Part shown: positions 1 to 13,000 of the stretch, one piece after another
Layout of the letters: each line of letters opens with the position of its first letter
Numbering within the stretch: position 1 is the stretch's first letter
Origin: Camelus dromedarius
Taxonomy: Eukaryota
Direction of reading: 5' to 3'
NCBI RefSeq assembly: GCF_036321535.1
Contig: NC_087445.1
Coordinates: 10,108,001 to 10,172,000, forward strand
Length of the DNA stretch: 64,000 nt
Notes under the pieces: model-generated
The model's database searches: none
What the model was told of the DNA's origin: nothing
Seen by the model: the letters and a program-made list of their open reading frames with translations, nothing else
Translations under genes and position numbers: made by a program

Positions 1-3000
1 GAGACAGACAGAGAATATAGCATCAAGAGCACATCTTCTAACATACGTAGTGAAGAAGAGCATATGAAGGACATTTCAAATCCCCCATACCACCATTTCT
101 CCACCACCATACCTTCTTCCTTTGAGCAACTAACTTGGATCAATTTGGACTTTCAGGTCCTATGATGCTTCCTTCCATGTTGCTAAATATTTTGAAATCT
201 TAGACATTAACTCTTTTCTTCCTAATTCAAAAGAAGTTAACTTTTACTTCTTTGTTCTTCAGTCATCTCTCTTTCATCACGATTCTAATAGTTATTCTTT
301 TGAGCCATTCTTTGGACTATAATTTTCATGTGAGATGATATTCTTAAAGTATCCACTTTTCACAGGGACAAGGCAGCATCTTTGAGCTGACTGTCTACTC
401 CCTCACCTAAACCGTGGGAACAAAAACAAGTCCCCAGTGATTTATTCCATGAGTAAGATGGAGGCAGGGATTTCCAGAAAATTCCCAGTTAAGATGTAAG
501 TGACCAGGAAGAGAGGGCCCTCCAAATCTCTGAGAATTCTGCCAGTAGCTGTGGTGGTGCGGCAGGTACCACGAGGGGCCAGGCAGGGCTCAAGTATTCC
601 TAGAGAGCCCAGCATGGATAGGACTCCCACCCCCTCAGGGTGGGAGCCCCCCAACCTGTCCCCAGGAGAAGCTGATGTAATCATCTCTGAGGCCAGCAAG
701 TAGCAAAGGAGTTCCTGAAAATGGCTAAAGGGAAGAAGTGTGATAAGGTGCAGAAAAACACGTGAGAACATTGTGTTAAAGAAACTGCATGTCATGTGAG
801 CAACAGAAGAAGTTCTTGCTCTGTTTAAACTTCTCCCCTTCTCCTCCAGAGGGTCCGGGAAAGTCCCAAACATGTCAATTGAATTATTTAAATAAGAATA
901 CAGATTTAAAACACATCCATGATCACAGAAGGATATTTTTTAAAGATTAAAAATAAATTTGGAGAATTTCAGCAAGAAGAAAAAAAAAACCAACAGAAAA
1001 GAGCCAAACCAAAGCAGAAAATATAACATACCAAGTTTAATTTAAATATGTATGTGTTGAAACTGTGAAAGAATAACAGGAAACTAACACAAAGGAATTC
1101 AGAGAAGAACTCAGACACCCAGAATGTCCATTTTTTAACATACACTTTGTTTATGTGACAAAGGTATTTTCAGTAAATAGTAATAAAAATAATGCTCAGA
1201 AAAGAAATTCAAGCAGAATTTTTGAAGTTCACATGATCATGCTAGTAAAAAATAAAAATATAAAATATTAAAAGTAATGAATTAGTTCTAAAATACAGTA
1301 ATGAATTTATCTTGATTAAAAAGTAAAAAACATATATTTTGATCTATCACAGTATCGTGACATAATTCCTGTTTTCAGGATTTAACTTCTGTAAATTTTT
1401 CAATGATCTTCACATATTCATGTTTATTAGAAAATATAGTTTACATGTTATTCCATCTTCACTCATAGTTTATCAAAGAACAATTTGAAATAATTTTTAC
1501 TATTGAATTTTTGATGTAAAGCAACAGATAAGCAAGTAAATAGGAAAATAATATATAAATGAGTTTGGTAGAAATCGTTTAAATTTCCATTTCATAATAA
1601 ATTCTAGAAATTGCTAGCAATAGTCATGTCTTGGTCTCAGTTGCTGTCTTTGCTTCTTCTGGATTGATTCTCTTGGTTTTTATATATCCTCATAGTCCAA
1701 CATATTCTATTGTAATATCTCAAAGATTTAAAAAAAATTTTTTTGAAACTGTTCTTTCTCTGGGAAAAAAAAGGCCAGAGGGAATGACTAAATGATAGTA
1801 AATGTTGAGATCACTTGATTTGTTGCTTTAAAATGAATATCTACTTCTGGAAGTTTACGACAAGCTTCTTTCCTAGATTCTCTGGTATCCTTATTGGAAA
1901 TTTGACTCTTCCTTTGTATATGTAAATGTCACTTTCTCTGTGATGTGGTTATTGTTACTGAAAAATTAATGGTCTTCTACACAATTTCTGCTTTTCAGTC
2001 TTCAAGGAGCAACTTTAAAACTTGACATTTTACTTTAAAAGACTCATTTGACTCCTTGCAAATGTTATAAAACTCTATCCCAGGAGAAAATAGTAACTCA
2101 GAAAAGCAAAATGACATATAGCAAATAGAAAAATCGGAGCAGATTCTTTCATATCCTTATATTCTTCTGGGTAACGCAGGACTTCAGAGGTTGAGATGAA
2201 CTTCCCCAGATTTCTCTCTACTGCATTCACAGCTTGACAGTGAGCAACACATCAGCTTTTATGGGGAAGTCTTTTTCCTTTGACACCAGTCATCCACAAC
2301 ACGCTCACACTGCAGAACAGAACTGGACTATTTCATGTTGTGCATCTTTGGCTTCACGATCGCTGCACTCATTGCTCACCTCGGTTTGTTGTTTACAGAA
2401 AAGGGTATGTGGTACCACCGAGATTAGAGACACAGACTGAATCAGATGACAGTGGAATAATTTTGAAATATTACAGGGTTACTCTCAAAAGGATCGCATG
2501 TAGCTGAGCCTGCACATTTCCAGGCTAGCTGTATAACAGAGTAACTTCCAAGTATAAAACATTTACTAAAGATGAGTAATATATTTGCTGCTGTGAAGCA
2601 TGTTTACCTGTGTGCAGTGAAAACAATACGGTAATTGGTTAGAAAGTTAGAAAAACAAAAGATATGGGATAATTAAACTTTTGCTAGCAATATTGAAATT
2701 GCTGGCACCTCCTGATAACAAAAGGTAGACTAAGTGTTAGTAAAGTAAATGTTGTTGTTGATTTAAAATCCTCAAAAGAGCATCCCTTTATTGCCTACAC
2801 CCAGATTTGACTACTTCTACCACACTGCCCTTGGAATTTGAACGAGTGGAATAGATTCTAGGACATAAAAGAACATAGAGAAATTTTAAACTTCACTTGG
2901 TATATTTGTTGTTTGTAATGATGTAAGTATTTTTATTTTAAAAGTGTTTTTATGAGGGAGAATAAAGCAATTATCTTAATTATGTTATGAATAAGTAGAT

Positions 3001-3989
3001 TCAATGTAAAAGAGATGCAATTATAAAATCAAGTAGATTAAGTGAAAATACCATAATGTTAAAATTAAACAGAAAACATTATGAAATATTGAACTCTGTG
3101 TACTAAACATATATACTCTTACAGGAATGTCTGCTCAGTGACAGTAAACACTGCTAGCCATACCATATTTAAGTCTTTATGAGAGTTGTCCTCTAAATGG
3201 AAGCTGGACTTCTTAGAAATGCCTGATTTGATTCCAGATCCTGATACAAGCCTGAATAGCAGAAAGAGGGAAGCATTAAAAAGTAATATGATCATGAAAA
3301 AAAGTCACAGATATCAGCTTGAATTCATGCCTACTAACCAAAATTATGACAGTGTCAACAGTAGAAAAGAAATAATATTTCAATAATTTCAACCCATGTA
3401 ATCAATGAAAATAAAGGAGTACGAAGTATATTTATCTAAGAAAGCAAGCCAGAAGAAAATTCTTTGTAAGCATTGGGGGGCTCAATTGAACCCATTACTT
3501 TTTGAAATTTGAAAGACAAACACATACCAAGCTTTTTCTGACAGAAGAAAGTGATCCAAGTTTACTCTAAAATAATCAATTCAAATAGAACGTTACTTTT
3601 TTTTGCCACCAGTTGGTTGGACTTATTTAGGCAAAGGTTACCAGGTGGTGTTAAGAGCATTAGACAGACGGTTAAAGGAAAGAGACGTTCACATGATACC
3701 AAAATAATGCTATATAAATTGTAGAAATTCTTTTCAGTCATAAATTACAAAATAAAACTAATGAAGGGATTAGAATCTCATAATTACAATACAATGACCT
3801 GTTTCAGCATCATTAACAAATGGTCAGCCAATCGTGTCTCATGCCATGATGCAGTTTGAACTATAAAACAGCCCTAATTGCACACTAAGACTTATAAGAC
3901 ATTTGAGCCATATTTAATATATGGACACATCAAACTTTTACAAAAATTTCTAGTATACATGAGAAGAAGGAAATACAGATAAAGCTGTA

Positions 3990-4165
3990 TCCCACCATAA
4001 TATTTTCTTCTGTAACATTCATCACACTTTAAAGTTATCTCTCTCCAGTTTTCTTCAGTAGATGACCCAATTCATGATAAGCAGTTATGTGTTTGTTGTA
4101 TTCAGTTTCTGACCTCCAGAAATCACAAGTCTAGCCTATAGTAAATTCTCAACACTTAGCGATGA
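3990..4165 (+). mobile_element. L2 LINE 3' end relic
   Basis: Degenerate resemblance to the L2 3' terminus ('gcctatagtaaattctcaacactt'); highly diverged. Confidence 0.45.
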
Positions 4166-4289
4166 CGTGGATAAAATCCTTAACCTATATACATGCTTTT
4201 CATGTTTGAGAGAGAAATGTGCAAAACAAGTATTCTCATAAAGGAAATTCTTCATAGGAGTAATCCTTTACAAGGGATGGATGGATGAT

Positions 4290-4480
4290 ACCAAGTTCAA
4301 GTGCAAAAAGCATAATCTTAATTTGAATATTGTAACCTCTGCTTATTTTGTCTGCAAGCAAATCACTCATCATTACTCACTGGCAAACAGATAATAATGA
4401 TACTTTATTTCACAAGATTTTGGGAACATCACAGGCCAAATACAATGTCTGGCTTATCTGTCAGGCACATTCTAACTCTT
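4290..4480 (+). mobile_element. MIR SINE relic
   Basis: Degenerate MIR core-like sequence ('cactggcaaacagataataatgatactttatttcacaagattttggg'). Confidence 0.4.
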
Positions 4481-5124
4481 ATTCACTCAACCATACCTGC
4501 AAAGCTCTAGAATTTTGAAGCAAGTTCTCTCAGAATTTACAACCATACTAAACAAAAATGTGGATTATCCACAAGCTATCTCCATCTGTGGATGATCTCA
4601 ATTTAATCTACTATTACAACCAGTGATAGATTTTATGTTTGGCCAACATTCTAGTTAAAATTATCATCAAGTTGTGATGATAAGAGTAAGTCACTTGGAA
4701 AAGTGCAGCCTGACCATAGTCAGAAAACTATGCACACAAATTTAAATATTTATAGTTAGAAATTAAAAGATACAAACTAAGCATTCATTTCAGCAAAATA
4801 TAAAAATTAACAAATAAATGGAAAGAAAGATATGAGCAGATGAGAAAAAAATGCTGACAGTGTTAAAATAAAGAACTAACTTTTAGAAGCAAAAACATAA
4901 GTTCTGTGGTGAACAGGATCAACAAAACACAAGCACATCGCTTATTAGCCAATCAAAGGAAGAGCAGAGCTGGCAACATTTGCAAATCATATAATTCATC
5001 TATGTAGAAAAACAGAATCAAGAAAAGCACTTTATAACTAATAATATAGTTTACACATGCTGAAAAATCACTTGGTATTTTGAATATCAGTAATAAACAG
5101 CTAGAAATTTGCATTTAACAGAAA

Positions 5125-5830
5125 CTGAGGGATGTCTGCAAGTTGGTGGAATAAGATGTCTCCAGGCCTTAAACCCCTACAAAAGCAATGGCTTGGCAGT
5201 CATTCATGGACAAAGACTCCAGGGTACTTCACAAATGAGAGATAAAAACTTAACCAGACATAGAATTGAGGGATTTCCTGGCCACTAAACCCGCCTTATA
5301 AGAAGTGCTAAAAGGAGTTCTTCAAGTTGAAACAAAAAGTATACAGAAGCACAGAATCTTATCAAAAGTATAAATCCACTGCTAACGTAAATACATTAAA
5401 GACAGAATATTATCATTCATAATAGTGGCATAAAATCACTTTTAACACTAGCATATAAGTTAAAAGACAGAAGCAGTAAGAATAACTATAATCACAGAAT
5501 TTGTTGATGGAAACACAATATAGAAGTAAAATCTGTCATCAGTTACATAAAATATGTACAGGGAGGTGCAAAGTATAGAGTCTGCATATTACCAAATTTA
5601 TCAGTTTAAAAGAGGTTGCAATAACTATGAAGTGTTCAATGTAAATCCCTGGTAACTACAAAAACAAATACATTAAATACACAAAAAAATAGAGAAATCA
5701 AAACTCATAACTACAAAATAAATCAAGCCACAAAGACAGCAGAGAACTATGAAACAAACACGTAACAGTGAACATATGGCAATAGTAAGTCCTTATCTAT
5801 AAAAAATTAATTTAAATGTAAACGGACTTG
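5125..5830 (+). mobile_element. Old L1 (L1MA/L1M2-like) fragment: ~90 nt of 5'UTR, end of ORF1, inter-ORF spacer, start of ORF2
   Basis: ORF1 C-terminal motif 'ccactaaacccgccttataagaagtgctaaaaggagttcttcaag' (cf. TRPALQEMLKGVL); ORF2 start 'atggcaatagtaagtcc...ttaaatgtaaacggactt' (MAIVSP...LNVNGL) at 5776. Confidence 0.8.
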
Positions 5831-5869
5831 AGAAGGGAGAAATAGGAATATGGTGATACTACCAAGAGA

Positions 5870-7135
5870 TTTTTTTTTTAATCATGAATTGGTGTTGAAT
5901 TTTATCACATGCTTTTTCTGCATTGTTTTATGCAATCATGTGAGTTTTGTTCTTCAGCATGCTAAAGATATGTACATTGAATTACATTTTTTGATTTTAA
6001 AATATTGAATGAAACTTGCTTCCCTGGAATTCATCCCCACTTGGCCATGGTGTATAATTATTTTCATGTATTGCTGAATTCTATTTGATAATATTTTATT
6101 AAGAAATGTTGCTTCTGTACTCATTAGGGACATTGGTCTATAATTTTATTTTTTTGCAAGTGCTTGAGATTTTGTATCAGGGAAATATTAATTTTGGACG
6201 ATTAATTGGGGGTCGTTCCTGTATCTCATATTTTTCAGAAGAGATTGTGTAGAATTGGTGTTAATTCTTCTATATGTTTGGCAGAATTCTACAGCAAAAC
6301 CATGTGGACCTTCAGATTTCTTCACTGGGCATTTTAAAAGCATGCGTTCAATGCCCTTAATTGTTATAAGTTATAAAACAATTCAAATTATCTATTTTGT
6401 ACTCCATGAGTTGTGGTAGTTGGTGTTTTTTGAGGAATAGGTCTATTTCATGTAAATTTTCAAATTTGATGCATTTAGAGTTGTTCATAATATTCTCTTT
6501 TTACTCTTCAGATGTCTACAAAATGCAGGGTAATAGCTAATGTTTCATTCCTAACAATGATATTTTTGTCATTTTTTTTCTTTTTGTTAGTCTTGCCAGA
6601 GCTTTGTCAATTGTATTGATATTTTTCAAACAGCATTTTGTTTCTGTTGTTGTTGCAATAGTTTTCTCTGTTGCTTTTTTTTGTTTTTGATGTTGCTGAC
6701 TTCTGCTCTTACCTCCATTATTTCCTTTCCTCTACTGTGTGGAAGTCCTTTTGTTCTTCATTTCCTAAATTCTCAATGTGGAAGCTATTCTGTTGAGTTC
6801 TTTCATATTTGTACTGATTCTCCGTCTAGTTGGTCTGTCAGTTGCTGAGAGAGAAGTGTTATACAGTCTTTAGCTGTAATGGTTGGTTGGTTTATTTCTC
6901 AGTTATTCATTTATTTGTTGGCACTTCCAAGTTGTCAGCTTCCTCAGGTCCAAGTCTAAGTTATATGTGGCAAAAACAGAACCTAAGGAACTCATTATTA
7001 TTTTATTTCCTGGAACCTGTTGACCCAAGTCAATCTTCTTTTCTCCACCTTTCAGAGACTTCTTATGTTTGTCTTATATATTATGGACAAAATTGGAAAA
7101 AATATGTCTATGTCATCTTCCTGGAAGTGGTAGTC
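5870..7135 (-). mobile_element. Old L1 (L1MC/MD-like) fragment: ORF2 segment plus 5' end
   Basis: Antisense ORF2 motifs ('tgttgaattttatcacatgctttttctgcat', 'agaattggtgttaattcttc'); 5'-end-like 'ctccacctttcagagacttcttatgtttgt...catcttcctggaagtgg'. Confidence 0.8.
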
Positions 7136-7232
7136 CATCATTTTATTTTTACTTTCCAGCTCTGATGTGCAATAATCCCATTAAAAAAAAAAAAGAACAA
7201 CAACAAAAAAAAACACTTCCCTGTCATTTTAA

Positions 7233-7410
7233 AGTAGCACTTCTCAACTTGGGGACAAGTTAGAATTATGTGAAAATCTTAAAGCTTTGGTAATATCTTG
7301 ATAATACCTCTAAATATTCTGCTTTATAGTTCTGAGTCATTGCCTGAATATTGAGATGTATAAAAGTTCTCCCTATAACTCAAATGGGAAAGAAAGGTGG
7401 AGGGTCATTA
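7233..7410. mobile_element. hAT-Charlie MITE, MER5-like
   Basis: Degenerate MER5-type ends ('agcacttctcaacttgg...ttagaatt' and 'aaaagttctccctataactcaaatg'); about 180 bp. Confidence 0.55.
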
Positions 7411-7629
7411 TTTTAAATAATTTGTGAAGCATAGAAATGTTAATAACCTAACATGATCCAACCAGCTGAATCTCTCTCTTCCATAAGATTCTAGGTCAGG
7501 AGCTTGAACCCCCAGAATATCACTGCTCAGTGGCCTGAGCCACTAAGAGATGGGTACATGTTGGTATTACTGTATATCATTTTCCCTCCTAATTAAAAAA
7601 ATATATATATTTTTATAAAAATCCGTACT

Positions 7630-8945
7630 AGAAACATCAGTAAGATGGTAGAGTGAGAAACTACTGACTTTCCCTGCTCCATGGACACACCAGATATACA
7701 GCTACTCGTAGATCACTACCTCTGTGAGAAAGCCGGAAACTAGTTTTGTGAATCCTAAACAGAGGGAAACTGAGAAAATACTCACATCAAAATGGGCAGG
7801 AAAAGCTTAGACACACTCAGGCCATAAATGCCACCCCAGGACAGTGCCTGACAGTCAGGAGGGCATCTCTAACCCTCAGCATCTCTGACACATCTAGCCC
7901 CTGACTTTAAAGACTGCCACCCAAGGGACCAGCTCCTGAATGCCTCGTCCTGAAGACCCAGTGGAGCTTGGCATTTATGAATCCCTAAGGACCATGGAAA
8001 ACAAATAGGCTCTTTTTGAACAGTGATTTTTTTTCAAAGAATTCACAAAATTTCCAACAGTTTTATGAAAAGACGTTCAACATCATTAATCACCAGGGAA
8101 ACATAAATCAAAAGCAAAATGGGGACTCTCCTCATACCTGTTAAGATGGCTATTATCAACAGGCAAGAGATAATAAATGTTGATAAGGGTATGGATCAAA
8201 TGGAATCCTGATGTACTATTAACAGGAATGTAAGTTGGTACAACCATTATGGAAAAGAGTATGGAGGTTTCTCAAGAAACTGAAAATAGAATTACCATAC
8301 GATCCAGCAGTTTCATTTCTGGGTGTTTATCCAAAGGAAGTGAAAATGCTGACTTGAAGATATATCTGTACCTCCACGTTCTTTGCAGCCTTATTCACAG
8401 TAGCCAAGATATAGTAACATCCTAATGTCCTTTGATGAATGAATGGGTAAACAAAATGGTATATATATTGGAATATTATTCAACTTTTAAAAAAGATGCA
8501 AATCCTGCCATTTCCAGCAACGTGGATGAACGGGAGGATATTATGCTAAGTGAAATAAGCTAGACACAGATAAATTTGCATAATCATACAGATGTGTGGA
8601 ATATTAAAAAATTAAGTACAGTAAAGTCAAAATCACAGTAACAGATCAGAATAGTGATTACCAGAAGCTTGAGTATAGAATTAAGAAGAGATTTTAAAAA
8701 ATAGTAAGAAAGAAAGAAAGAAAGTAGAATGGTGTTTGCCATGGCTGGGAGGAGGAAGTCATGGGAATTTATTTATTGTTTTGGAGTTACTGTTTTGCAA
8801 GATGAATATAGTTCTGAAGAAGGATGATGGAGATCCTGGTTAATAGTTGCACAACAATGCAGATATCCTCAATACCACTGAACTCTACACTTAAAAATGG
8901 TTCAGATAGTAAGTTGTATGTTTTACATATTATATCACAATAGTA
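7630..8945 (+). mobile_element. L1 composite: ~380 nt 5'UTR joined to ORF2 C-terminus and 3'UTR (L1MA/L1MB-like)
   Basis: 7630-8010 is visibly homologous to the reverse complement of the L1 5' end at 18640-19003; 8040-8600 has ORF2 C-terminal motifs ('caaccattatggaaaagagtatggagg', 'ccatacgatccagcag'); L1MB-type tail 'ccactgaactctacacttaaaaatggtt'. Confidence 0.85.
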
Positions 8946-9502
8946 CATATAAATACACACATATTTCTTTATTATTATTTGATACTTAGTTTGGTAACTA
9001 TGATTCTCTTAACATGTATCATAATTGAATTTAATTGGGGGAGTTAAATCAATAAATTTCTGACAATATGGGCTATTTAAAAATGTAAAATATCAATCAA
9101 ATGAAAACTTCTGTGTTTCAGTCATCTCTCTCTTTCACATATCTGCTCAGTGGCTAAATAATCACTGCTCCTGACACTCCCATGCCTTTGGTTACCCAAA
9201 GGTCTTTTGAAGGTAAAATTTTAGCAGCGAGACTTTGATCCTATAATCAGGGGGGAAGTGTCACATAAATGTAATGCTCCTGGGCTCTGAGCTTTGGCAT
9301 GTATAATGTAAATCAGCGGGTAATCTTTTCTCCTGAATTATGTTTTGCTGGTATTTGTGCAGAAAGAGGCAACACAGTGAATACCTTCCTCTTTACAGTG
9401 AATGCCTAGTCTACCTTTGTATAAGCTGTCCATATGGCTAAACTAAGTTTTTTCTCTTCCTTTCTAACTGGAGAACAATCAGTAACATTTATTAATCAGA
9501 TC

Positions 9503-9860
9503 CTTATCAGTTAAGCTAAAGCTAATAATGTAACAGATAAACTTTGAAAGCAGTGCTTTACAAAGAAATTGAAGTTTATTTCTCCCCCAGTAAAGTTTCC
9601 ATTTTTGACTCTGATTAAGGCAATCATTCAGGCACCTAACCTGACAAGAGATTTGCCACTTTCAACAAGGTTTCACTGCACCAGTTGAAAGGAGAGGAAA
9701 AAGTAGAGAATTATGCCAGAAATTTTGTTTAATGAGCTGAATTTAGGAGAGTGTACATTTCCTAAACACATCCCATTCCTTCAAAATCCTAATTACATGT
9801 CCACACCTAAGTAAAAGAAATGCATTAATTTGCAGCTAGCCAGTCTGTATCTTCCCTTGT
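9503..9860 (-). mobile_element. Old MaLR solo LTR (MLT1J/K-like)
   Basis: 'taataatgtaacagataaac...gaagtttatttctc' and 'ttacatgtccacacctaa' resemble antisense MLT1 LTR motifs. Confidence 0.45.
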
Positions 9861-9884
9861 CCTGTTACATATATTCTCTAATTT

Positions 9885-10030
9885 ATATTTACAACAATCC
9901 GATAAAATTAAATTTTATAGATGAGAAAACTGAGGCTTTAAGAGATTTAGCAGATACTCTAAGGTCATCAAACAAGTAAATGGTAGTTAGAAATGGGAGC
10001 CCCAGATTTTCTAACTTTAAAACTCATACC
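9885..10030 (-). mobile_element. MIR SINE
   Basis: MIR core 'attttatagatgagaaaactgaggctt...aaggtcatcaaacaagtaaatgg'. Confidence 0.75.
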
Positions 10031-13000
10031 ATTGTGGATGCAAAATGAAACTTCATTTACTAAGCACTTAACCCCTAGAAAAATGAGAGCTGAAAGATGC
10101 TGTGCTCCTTTGTGTGTGTGTGTGATAGGGGAGCAGGGGCGGGGGCAAGAATTCATGTCATATTTTAAGGCCTTTTAGTTTAATCAGTCTGCTCAGGATT
10201 AAACATTGAGCTGAAGTGAAATGATATTGATAAGAGAGTGAAGGGAAGGAGAACAAATAAAATATATATCAGTAAAGAACTTCATTTCCATAGTACTCTC
10301 GGTGGAAAATGAGGCCAAGCCAAGATCTTACTGCTTTCACAGGAAAGGAAAGAAGTTATGTAGTCTGAACCTTAGCCGTCTTTTTAGAATTCTCATTTGC
10401 AAGGAAGGTCCTTACATTGCACATACTCCGTAACTTGCACAATGTCTTGATTAATGTGCGTATTGAAATTGTCAGAAGTGAAACATCATAACAATACCTT
10501 ATAAAAGAATCCTTCTTCATGCATGGATAAATAGTTTGAGATCAGTGGTAGAAAGGAGGCTAGGTCACATTTTAGCAAAGACAACCATAACCTAATTCTC
10601 AACTAGTATTACGGCTAGCACAAATTCAAATGCCTCCTTGTGGCTCCTAGATTGAAGAAGACTAAAATTTTAAATATTTATTTAAAAGGGAAAAATGAAT
10701 ATGTGTCTGCCATTTTATTTTCTTTGACTCTTGTTATTCTTGAAGATGCTTTTACTCTCATATGAAATAAGTTTTTAAGAAAGATATGGAAAGCATGCAT
10801 GTTACCACAGAGATGAGCTTGGCCATTATTCTCACTGTTCTCTTATCACTAATCTATTCAGTAAATAATGTTTCAAGGCACATTTTGACCCAGTTGTCTT
10901 AAGTCAAAGCCATGTCAAAGTTTTTAAAACTGACTATATTAAAAATAATTAAGTGCTCCAAAGTTCTAAACTGGCTTTGAAAGTGCTAATGTTTCAATGA
11001 TCTATTTTGGAACTGGGGCTCTAATATACTTACAGATTTGTTAACCAGATATTTACTTAACTTCCCTGATTCCCAGGATGTTTGATTATTTTTAATAGTC
11101 TAATTGATAAATACAATTGAAAGGTTGACCAATTGCGTTAATCAAACAATTAAACTGGCTGGGGTACATACATATAATTTTTCCAAAAATATCAAGTGAG
11201 TATTATGTACTCTCATATATATGTTGCTAGGATTCATTTCAGACAGCAGTCATTTTAAACACAAGGAGCAGCACATTATTTCTCTATTATTTATTATGGT
11301 ATTGTGAAATAATAGTAACTGTTAATTAAAATTATAGTTGAATGCAAATATATGGAAATCTTAGGAGAATTTAGAAAAAATATGTTTCCAAAATAAAAAA
11401 TGCAATATGTATAGAATATTAACAATGAAAAAACTTAAAATTATCTAAGATAATTTTGATATTAACAATGATAAACCTATTAAAATTAGCAGAGATTTTC
11501 CCAAAGAGAATAAATGGGTACCAGCATTTCATCACTGATAGAAATTTAATAGTCTGACCTCCAAATATCAAATCTCATGCCCTTTGCATCAAGAAAAAAG
11601 TGAACCTCTGGGACATGTTGAAAACAGAATATTGCTTCATAATTAGTATCAAAAACCCCAAGCAATTGTTTAGGGTAATATAGTTGCTATCTCAATTGTA
11701 CCAATAAAGTATCACTCCATTAATTTTTTTCACCTTTTGCATAAATAATAAATTTAGAATCACTTTTCTTGGAATATTCATTTTCATATTTCTAAGTTGC
11801 TTAACTTTCTAGGATTATGTGGCTTATAACTTCAATTTTAACTAATTTTGAATGACTCAGAACATTTCTTAGATACTATGAAAGTTGTCTAGCTATGGTC
11901 TTAAAACCAAGAGCAAAGTGAAAGTAGGATGAATTTTTTAAAGTTACATAAAACCAACAAAAACAAAGGAATACATGAAGGTGCCTACTATAGCAAAGAC
12001 ATAATTGTTGTGAGTCGAATTTCTCTCCAGCTTCAAAAATAGGAGTTACATGCTGCAGTGGGAAATTGACATCATTTTAAGACTAAAGAAGATGAAGTAC
12101 ATTTGCAACCAATAAAGTAAATATTTTTTAAAAAACACAGTAATACAATATTTGAAAATAACTGAATCACCAAACATAACTGCAAGGAAGCGACATGATT
12201 ATTAATATGGCTTCGTGGTGAAAGTGGCAACTGCTGCATCAGGAAGAATGACAAACAACACGTCAGCCGTTTACTCTAAGCAAGTTGGCTAATTTATAGG
12301 AACACTGAGTAATAGCTGAGCCACCTGTAGATGGAGAAGTTTTTGTTTTTTTAAGTGCATTCTGACAACACTAACTGAATGTGAAGCAAAATGTCCACCC
12401 ACCACTCTATCGTATCACCTCATCTATGCCGTGTATTCATCTGTCCTTGTTACTTCCTTGACTTTATCAATATGCAGTTTACAGTGAAAACAATAGTAAG
12501 GACCACTTAAAGGTGGGAAAAAGAGTTATTTACATTTTGTCCTTTACTCATTGTTACATTTTCTAAAAGATTCGTATGTTCTCACTGTAATCAGAAAAAT
12601 AAAAACTTCACATCTTATTTCTAATACTGTAAGAGGAAAAAAGTCCCTTGAGTACTAAAAAAAACTTGTAGCAGTGTGGACTGTGATGTAGTTTCACCTT
12701 CCTGGGTCTTTTCCCAAGATGGGAATCTTAACCACGCATGACCACGCTGAAGTTGAAATAATAAAAAAAGTAATCTTTGCTTCCTATACTACTCTCTGTA
12801 GAGCAGTGATACATATGTGAAAAGCAAATAAAAGGGATAAATAAAGGTTCTGGTTTGAGCAGACATGTGTCAGAAAGATGTTAGAAGCTTTTGTTTCTAC
12901 TCTAAGAAATCTCTCTGATTAATAAGATCAGTACAACAGCAACTGAAACACATTTCAGTGTTTAGAAGATAAATAAGAGGTGAGACTCCACATTACCCTT

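Noticed and set aside
442..873. 143-aa minus-strand ORF and a 9-bp hairpin at 624-646
   Set aside because: No recognisable protein similarity; the region may be a decayed L1 5' part, and a 9-bp stem is not unusual in 64 kb.
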